From: Lytechinus pictus
Taxonomy: Eukaryota
Direction: 5' to 3'
Assembly: GCF_037042905.1 (NCBI RefSeq)
Contig: NC_087250.1
Location: 22,136,001 to 22,200,000 of the forward strand
DNA: 64,000 bases
The notes beneath the pieces were generated by a model. It searched no databases, was not told where the DNA came from, and saw nothing but the letters and a program-made list of their open reading frames with translations. Positions 27,573-36,200 of the stretch are shown one piece after another (the stretch's first letter is position 1; every line of letters begins with the position of its first letter). A program made the translations under genes and the position numbers.

Positions 27573-27779
27573 CTTGATTCAAATATTATATTTACCGTTC
27601 AATTCATAGCTTTGATGTGAAAACAAATTTGAGAAAATAAAGAATATTGGTACTCCGTTCCAGGAAACCTGAAAATTGCTTCAGATCTCACCCACATCGT
27701 TTCAACATCGCCTAAATAAACTCTGTTTACGAATAATGATCCATATTTTCACCCTCTTTCTCTCTTATACAAGTTAAAG

Positions 27780-27839
<60 letters not shown>

Positions 27840-27861
27840 GTTATTATTATTATTATTATTT

Positions 27862-27906
<45 letters not shown>

Positions 27907-28254
27907 ATTATTAGGTAAGGTAAATAGGGTATTCTCTGGTATCGATATAGCCTAGCATGGCAGGGTTACCTTGAGCATTTAACAAGTTGCTTTGTTCAAA
28001 AACATCTACATTGATATTCTTATTACTATTATTATTATTATAACTGTTGTTATTATTATTAGATTTTTATTACTATTATTATTATTAATATTATTATATT
28101 GTTGTTGTTGCTATTTCATAGCAATGCATTGCAGCGAACAAATATGTATTGCAATTCGCTTGAGTTGAAAGTACTAGACATGCCAGAATGGAAAAGTTTT
28201 ACATGGTCCAATGTTGGACTCTTATATCCCCTTTCCTGGATTGTCAGAATGATC

Positions 28255-28420
28255 GTGTATTTGAGTTTTGTCAGACGTGTATCAATCAGATATGATTATT
28301 TACGTCTGGGACCGACCTTTAACGTCACCATCCGAAAGACGTGACCAGGGCTCGAACCTCTGCATCAATTTGTAACTTCCCCGCATAGCTTGGATTACAG
28401 GCGCACGCCACAACGCCCAG
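28255..28420 (-). mobile_element. SINE with 7SL-like head, copy 4
   Basis: Reverse complement of 12926-13095. Confidence 0.85.
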
Positions 28421-28944
28421 TTCCATGAACTAAAGATGATAATAATGAGACAGTACACAAAATAAATAAAGTTAGTAAGTCGAGGGAACAAGTTATAAGT
28501 CGAGGGAACGAATTATAAGTCGTGGTAACGAGTTAGTAAGTCGAGGGAACGACTTACAAAAAAATAAAGACAGAAATAACTATATAATCGATCATCGACA
28601 AACCTTATGAATGCTTAAATATCTAAGCACTAATTTTACAAAGTAGTTGTAACGCATCATCTTCTTTTCTTTAAATATTATTTTAAACAAAAATATCACT
28701 TGTTTCAAAGAAATGTAGCCCTATCAAATGTATTATTGTAAAGATTGATGGACCGACATTTTGTAACTAGAATATAATTTAGAAACTAATATTTATATTG
28801 TATATCGGTTTCTAGGGCGGCGATATTTTTTTAATATTTTGACGTAAATTTTGGCGGACCAGTTTCAAAGGTTTACATGGTCCAATGATGTTGTACTCTT
28901 ACATCCCCTCCGATCCCCTGGAATGACACGAGGACCTATGAGCT

Positions 28945-29530
28945 AAGGGATGGTCCAGGCTGAGAGTATTTATAGCTTAATACATACAGTAGAATTCACT
29001 GAGCAAAATGCCGAAAATTTCATCGAAATCGGATAACAAGTAACAAAGTTAATGAATTTTAAAGTTTAGCAGTATTTTGTGAAAACAGTCGTCATGAATA
29101 TTCATTAGGTGGGCTGATGATGTCACATCCCCACTTGTTCTTTTGTATTTTATTATATGAAATTAGGTTTATTCAATTTTTTTCCTCCAAGAACTTGAAA
29201 AATTGGATTGACAACTTATTTAGTACATTAGATATTTATTGCTGCAACTTATTTCATTATAAGGTAGACATATTATTCACACAAGTATGAATTAATGAAA
29301 AAAATATGATTTTATGTAATAACATAAGAAAACGGAAAGTGGAGATGTGACATCATCAGCCCACCTAATGAATATTCATGACGACTGTTTTCGCAAAATA
29401 TTGCCAAACTTTAAACTTCAATAACTTTATTATTTGTTATCCGATTTTGATGAAACTTTCGGCATTTTGCTCAGTGAATTCTACTCTATGTATTAAAATA
29501 AAAATATTTTCAGCCCGGACCATCCCTTTA
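28945..29530. mobile_element. Palindromic MITE (possibly Kolobok-like)
   Basis: AAGGGATGGTCCAGGCTGA ... TCAGCCCGGACCATCCCTTT with ~200 bp inverted arms; partial copy at ~34119-34268 and a related fragment at ~32050-32593. Confidence 0.8.
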
Positions 29531-29756
29531 AAGATAACATCATTCTTGGTTCAAACACTACAAATACCGTTCAATTCATAGCTTTGATGTGAAAACAAAT
29601 TGAAGAAAATAAGAAACATTGGTACTCCGTTCCAGGAAACCTGAAAATTGTTCATATCACCCACATTGATTCAACATCTCTCTTTCTGTTATATTAATTA
29701 ACAATCTTTATAATATTGTTTTTTATTATTATTTATTGTTATGATTATTATTTAAT

Positions 29757-30008
29757 AATAATAATAATAGTTGGATGTATAAAGCGCTTTTTGCCTGGGG
29801 ATACAAAGCGCTGCTATTATTAACCCGGCTTTAGCTCGAGCTACCATCACCGGCGCTCAGTGCATGCAAGGAATTACTCCTGCCGGGTGCCCATTCACCT
29901 CACATGGGTCGAGTGCAGCATTTGTGGATAAATTTCTTGCTGAAGCCATGGCTGGGATTCGAACCCACGACCCGCGAGAGTCAGAACCACTAGACCACGA
30001 CGCACCCA
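29757..30008 (-). mobile_element. tRNA-derived SINE
   Basis: Minus strand: A box TGGTCTAGTGG, B box GGTTCGAATCC, (TTA)n tail; related decayed 3' part at ~62030-62230. Confidence 0.8.
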
Positions 30009-30475
30009 CCCTTTACCATCATTATTCAAATGCATTGCTCTGAATTTGCTTGAGATAAAACGTCAGTTCCTCGAGTATAGACGCACCTAGTAACCTATTT
30101 TATTGTTACTCATTATGACACACGATAGAAAACAATGACAACAAATAAATATGTAATCGTTTATGTATTTTCGATGAGCTATCATATGGAGACACGAATT
30201 CATAAAAAGTTAAGGAAGGCTTTTTCCCCCCTAATACTTACATATTTAATGAAAATATTTCATTTAATACACATTGCCTTATATAAAAGAGTAAAATAAA
30301 GTTTGATAGACCGACATGATTCAACTAGAATATATTTTACAAATTAAAGATATCAGTACATTTATGCCTTCTAAATATCAAAATACAATATTTGTCTAAG
30401 AAATAATTTCGACAGGACAGAAACAGAGGCTTTTTTTCCTATTGACCTTTTCTTGTTACAATAATCTGGTTACCT

Positions 30476-30623
30476 GGGGTCCGTTGCAGAAAGAGTTGCG
30501 TTTAAACGCAAGTAAAAAAAATCAATCGCAAGTCCCAAATTCGCGCTGTTGATTGGTTGAAAATCAAGTTGCGCATGATTTTTAGAGTTGCGATTGATTG
30601 CAACTCTTTCTGCAACGGGCCCC
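30476..30623. mobile_element. ~150-bp MITE (PIF/Harbinger-like), copy 1
   Basis: TIR GGGGTCCGTTGCAGAAAGAGTTGC / GCAACTCTTTCTGCAACGGGCCCC. Confidence 0.8.
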
Positions 30624-30706
30624 AGAATGAGTACGAATACCTTCCTTACCATGAATCAACCATCCTTGGTTCAAATACCACATGTTACCATTCTCTTCAT
30701 AGCTCA

Positions 30707-30853
30707 GGGGCCCGTTTCAGAAAAAGTTGCAATCAATCGTAACTCTAAAAATCAATCGCAACTTGATTTTCAACCAACAACAGTGCGCATTTGGGAGTTG
30801 CGATTGATTTTTTTGACTTGCGTTTAAACGCAATTCTTTCTGCAACGGGCCCC
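30707..30853. mobile_element. ~150-bp MITE (PIF/Harbinger-like), copy 2, inverted relative to copy 1
   Basis: Same TIRs; TCA/TGA flanks; interrupts the unit motif CATAGCT-TGATGTGAAAAC. Confidence 0.8.
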
Positions 30854-31327
30854 TGATGTGAAAACAAAGTGAAGGAAAGGAAGAATATTACTATACCGTT
30901 CAAGGAAACCTGAAAATAGTTCAGATCATATCACCCACGGTGTTTCAACATCACCAAAACAAATTATGTTTACGAATAATGATCCATATTTGCACCCTTT
31001 ACCCCCCCCCCTTTCTCTTTCTCTATCTCTCTCTCTCTCCCCCTCTCTCTCTCTCTTCCACCTCAGTATTATTATCATTATTGTTGCTGTTGTTATTATT
31101 ATTGTTGTTGTTGTAATCATCACTATTATATTACTATTATTATTATTATTATCACTATTACCATTGTTATCATTTGTTAAGTGTGTTGCTTTCCATCATA
31201 TGGTATGCTTTGTGGTATTTCAATACGGTTGTCAGATTTTATACTAAATTCCCTCTTATTCAGGTTTAAGAATGTATATAATGTAAAAATATCTTCCTCG
31301 CTTGTACTTGAAATTCTGTTATTACAG

Positions 31328-31440
31328 GACCGGGACTGGCATTTATTGCGTACCCTGAGGCTATAACCCAGATGCCCGTGTCACCTCTTTGGGCTGTCCT
31401 TTTCTTTCTATGTCTTATAGTCCTGGGCTTAGACACTCAG
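31328..31440 (+). CDS. SLC6 transporter internal exon (GPGL/TM8)
   Basis: ttacag|...|gtaagg, 113 nt: (G)[37 protein letters not shown]. Confidence 0.95.
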
Positions 31441-32656
31441 GTAAGGATACTCTTTCCTGGGGGGGGGGGCGTTTCACAAAGATGTAAGTATGACTAGAGT
31501 CGCACTGTTTATTGTTTGTTTGTTTGTTTATTTATTTTCCGATTATTAAAAAAAACATAATACATAATTATATATAACATAAATAAATAACCTAAATGGC
31601 ATCAATGGAAATAAACAAAATGAATTGCAAATATGTTGAATGGATAAAATTTATAGAATATTCGAAAGGATTGCCCATTTCAGAGTTATTTAAATGAATT
31701 ACTCTGTTCTTCCATAGGGTCCATAAAAATATTAAAATAGTTTACATTGCAATACAAAGGAAATTTGATATTGAAAAAAAAAATGGGGAAAGAAAAAAAG
31801 AATATAGCATACGTATAACTGAATGCATCAATTAACATTACCCACTTAAATGCCTAGTTGCGTACAATATTAAAGGCATGACCGCATTGGTCAGATAATG
31901 CGAAGAGGACGTGCACTAACTGCGTATTGATCAATAAGATTGCGCGTTGGATATCATTTACTCGTCGGCATTTAGTTATACTTAAATTTATGTGAAACAC
32001 CCCATACATGCCATACTTAAATCTTTATAAAACCCCACAAAGTCCACCCCCTCCCCCCCCAAAAAAAAAAAAATATATGACATTTTATAGTTTCGTTTAA
32101 TTTCACAAAATAGTTATTAGCACACTTTGGTCGGTATGCAAAATTAGGGGACTGATGATGTTATCCACTCACTATTTCTTTTGTATTGTATTATATAAGA
32201 AATATGAAATATTCTAATTTTCTCCTTATAATATGAAATATTCTAATTTTCTCCTTATTATCCTGTTAAACAATGTTTTTTCCTCCCTGAACATGTGGTA
32301 TTACCACTATTACAACATTTTATGGTTCAGTTATTGGTCCTTAATGTCAAATGACTTCAAGCAAAAATAAACATACAAAAGAAATAAGGAGTGATGGACA
32401 TCATCGACTCTCTCATTATTTTGAAAGTCACCGAGTTATGCATGTAACTGTATTGTGAAAAATAAGCGAAAGTTTAAAATGTCATAACTTTTTTATTTTA
32501 CATCCGGTTTTGATGTAATTTTCAGCATTAAGCTTGCTTGATTTTTCTCTAATGATTAAAATTAAAATTTTTCTGGTGTGGACTTGACCTTTAAGTGTGA
32601 TTGTAAGTCTTAACCTAACTCTTTGTGAAACGCCCCCCCCCCCCCCCCGACACTTG

Positions 32657-32886
32657 TCGTGCTTCACTCGTGTTATTTCGTGCATCACTCGATCACTCGT
32701 GTTATTTCGTGCTTCACTCGTGTTATTCCGTGCTTCAGTCGTGTTATTTCGTGCATCACTCGTGTTATTTCGTGCTTCACTCGTGTTATTTCGTTCTTCA
32801 CTCGTGTTATTTCGTGCATCACTCGTGTTATTTCGTGTTTCACTCGTGTTATTTCGTGCTTCACTCGTGTTATTTCGTGCATCACC
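32657..32886. repeat. 21-bp minisatellite, ~11 copies
   Basis: Tandem TCGTGCTTCACTCGTGTTATT. Confidence 0.95.
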
Positions 32887-33283
32887 TTTTACATTTCTGT
32901 ATTTTGCCTTTGTTTCTGCTTCAATGCTGTTGCTCCGGAGCTTTTTTTTGTCTTTCTTTCTTTATTTACATTTACTTCTGTGTTTCCCTTGTGATAAATG
33001 TTGCATAACAATATTATCAGTATCAATAATTAATAAACTGTATATCTCTATTTATTATAAAGACTCCCGGTTATCACTTTCATGTATAGTATTTATTTGT
33101 AATGTCTACCTTCCGATGTATGCATGTATATGGATGTTTTATATACCCAAAGAAATGCTTAAGGTATTACAAATGATAATTTGGCGCCGAACATTAAGGG
33201 CCCTGCAGGTGTCAACAAGTTGATCATAAACGACCCTCTGTTGGGGTTCCCGAAGGGTTGTTCTTACCCCATTGTTTTCTTAA

Positions 33284-36200
33284 CTCTTTAAATGCCGTTG
33301 GCAGCTATACGTGCCCTTAGCCCTCTAATGCCATTGGCACGTATGCGTGCCCAGAGAACCTTTTTTTTTTAAACCAATTTTACAGCCAGAAAATCAACAC
33401 CATATTTTCTGTTTTTTATGTTGTTATACTGGCCAGGAATTCACCATTCATTTTATCATATAAAAAATAGTGGTTTACATAGACATTTTTTGAGTAAAAT
33501 TGTATTTTTGCATCATTATTTTCAAGAGTTGATTTCGGATATTGCCGCGATCTGAATCAAGATTTCCCCTATTGACACGTGTGATATAACGGTTGTGTGT
33601 AGCAATACACGTACTTCTATGGGCAGAGCAACGGCGAATGTGTGAAGACATTCAGCTCGGAATTGACCAATGACCGAGCGGTACGATGTTCCTCACCCAA
33701 CACTACTCGCCCATTCGCTATTGTTACATGAATATTCATGAGCTATCGATCGGGTCTTTTGCAGGCCAGTATGGTAGTATTCTTGTGTCAAGGCTTTTTT
33801 CTGCCTGCAAATGTGCACTGTTTGGGGATTTTTTTTTTTTTTGGGGGGGGCGGGGGAAAGGTCTTATACATTGTTTTTAGCATTGTCACAAAATTGTTCT
33901 CGTTATAAATATATGAGTAAAGAAGCCTGTCATTTCCAACTCTCGTCTGCGCACTGCAATCATCACACTCATTATTTATTTATTCGTTTCTTATTGTTAT
34001 CAATATTATCATTATTAGTATTACTATTATTATAATTATTATTATCATTATTGTTATTGTTATTGTTATTATAATTATTATTATCATTATTCTTCTCTTT
34101 CACCTTCTTTTTTAGTATAAAAGGGATGGTCCCGGCTGAAAGTATTTATAGTTTTATATACAAAGCAGAATTCACTGAGCAAAATACCGAAAATTTCATC
34201 AAAATCGGATAACAAATAACAAAGTTATTGAATTTCAAAGTTTAGTAATATTTTGTGAAAACAGTCATAAATATTATAATTACATATTATGTCATAAAAA
34301 TTATTGTAATCATATTAATTGCATTTCTCCTGCAGCAAAACTCTCTCTTTATAAACTTAAGATCAGGTAAATAATGGTTCATATTCGTTTGTGTTTTTAT
34401 AGCCCTACCATTATAAAAAAAGAATTATTGATATTGTTACGCTTATTAATATCATATTCAAACTTCTCACAAAAATATGAATTGTTCAATTTTCTCCTCG
34501 AATAAAATAGGACGAAGCAAAAAAAAAGTGATAATTAACCTCTCCCTGCGGCGGAGCCGTTTTGGTACATTGCTGGTATTTGGATCTGTGGCGGTGTTTT
34601 CCGAATCAATTGCTAATTGCGCCAAACTGAAGTGTTTTCAGGATTTTTAGTAAATGTAAATATGAAAGAGCAGACATTTTTTCTTTCTAGAAACAAAGGT
34701 ATCGCTTCTCAAATCAACAGAATAGTTAAGAAATTTACGAGGAAAAAGTCGTGTTATTTTGTAAAATCTTCGCTTTTCCCCAAGTCAATAGGCAATGTGT
34801 ACAAAAATGTGTAAGGGCAATCAATGCCAGCAAAAAGATGATGGGTAAATTCCCCTACACGCTGAGCTCTTATGTCAAATGTGCATATACTACTAAACGA
34901 AAAAAATGAATCAAGCAAAATTGATAACAACACCAAATAATGTACAAAGTTTGGTGGAAAAAATAAGCATCAAATTTGCATCGGTTACGGAAAGAAACCT
35001 AAATATTATTTTGATCATCAACAAAATATATGATGTCAATGTGGCAAGGGCGAAATAAAAAGTATGATGTGTGTAAGGAAGAAAAAAAAGAGAAAATGGG
35101 AGTGAGCAAATCAAGCGAGTAAACGCACTTTTCATGATCTTTTATTTACAAAATTCTGTGAATGTCATGCATTTTCCGCAATGCGTTTTTTCCCCCATTC
35201 TTCATCATTTGTTTTATTAGCGGGATATAATTTATATTAATCAATGTATCATTTCTTCCGATGATCCGCTTTCTTTTGTTTCTCCCTTTTTGCCAGCAAA
35301 ACGATGATGGGTAAATTCCCCTACACGCTGAGCTCATATGTCAAATCTGATATCATATACTACTAAATGAAAAAAAAAATGGATCAGGAAAATTTGATAA
35401 CAACACCAAATTACGTACCAATTTTGGTGGAAAAAATAAACATCAAATTTGCATCGGTTACGGTAAGAAACCTAAATATTATTTTGATCATCAACAAAAT
35501 ATATGTTGTCAATGTGACAAGGGTGAAATAAAAATATGATGGGTGTAAGGAAGATTTAAAAAAAAAAAAAAGTGTGAGTGAGCGAATCAAGCGAGTAAAC
35601 GCACTTTTCATAATCTTTTATTTACAAAATTCTGTGAATGTCATGCATTTTCCGTAATGCGTTTTTTTTTATTCTTCCTCATTTGTTTTATTAGCGAGAA
35701 ATAATTTATATCAATCAATGCATAATTTCTTCCGATGTTCCACTTTCTTTTGTTTCTCCCTTTTTGCCAGCAAAAATATAATGGGTATATTCCCCTACAC
35801 GCTGAGCTCATATGGCAAATCGGGAAGCATAAACTGGATTACTACTAAATGGAAAAAAAATAATATATCAAGCAAATTTAATAATTGGAAATGTAAATTG
35901 TACTAACATATCGAGTATGTTGATTATGCATAAGTCCTACTGCATGAATATTGACAATGCACGGTATAAAGAAACTTAGTGGTGTCACTTATATATCATT
36001 TGAACAGCAAATAATGTCCATTTAATTTTTATTTCAGGGAAGGGGAAGTAAAATTAATCCTTACTAGATTGATATTTTTAATGACGGGGTAATTATAAAT
36101 ATCACAAATAAAGAGGTGTAGAAAATATAATTTCTGATATTGTCGAAAGCAATATCTTACTTTTCTGATAGATGATCCATTACAAACATATTATTTGAAT

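Larger units (their letters stand above)
1..31170 (+). repeat. Tandem array of ~1.0-1.1 kb non-coding units (17 cores + 1 degenerate), each with a hypervariable ~40-nt window; candidate small-RNA minigene array
   Basis: Recurring ordered blocks: ACTAGACATGCCTAGT / ATAATCGATTAT / GGATGCTAAAATACC / CTTGTTTCAAAGAAAT / AACTAGAATATAA / GTATTTC-[variable]-AATTTTGGCGGACCAG / ACATGGTCCAA / CATAGCTTTGATGTGAAAAC / (CT)n / (TAT)n. GCGGACCAG-type anchors near 345, 1349, 2423, 3714, 7320, 7732, 8981, 10000, 11158, 11638, 12795, 13120, 14167, 19233, 20228, 27055, 28854; degenerate ~30410. Array runs off the left edge. Confidence is for the repeat, not the function. Confidence 0.95.

Noticed and set aside
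2383..28850. Spliced-leader RNA genes (some windows start GGTTT; Sm-like site present)
   Set aside because: No conserved GT donor at a fixed position, and leaders would be conserved rather than hypervariable.
294..28850. Payloads matching transposons within this window
   Set aside because: No convincing match found by eye; a proper search is needed.
29940..30008. tRNA gene (also 43490-43565)
   Set aside because: A/B boxes without a complete cloverleaf, continuing into SINE bodies.
1..31170. CRISPR array
   Set aside because: The repeat/spacer logic is similar, but units are ~1 kb, the context is eukaryotic with spliceosomal introns, no cas genes are present, and payloads look mutated from one another rather than captured.
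1557..31247. Ile/Leu/Tyr-rich ORFs (1557, 6738, 7933, 26254, 30966)
   Set aside because: Translations of (TAT)n and (CT)n microsatellites.
32597..33223. Repetitive ORFs (RASLVLF / HEITRVK)
   Set aside because: Artefacts of a stop-free 21-bp minisatellite inside an intron.
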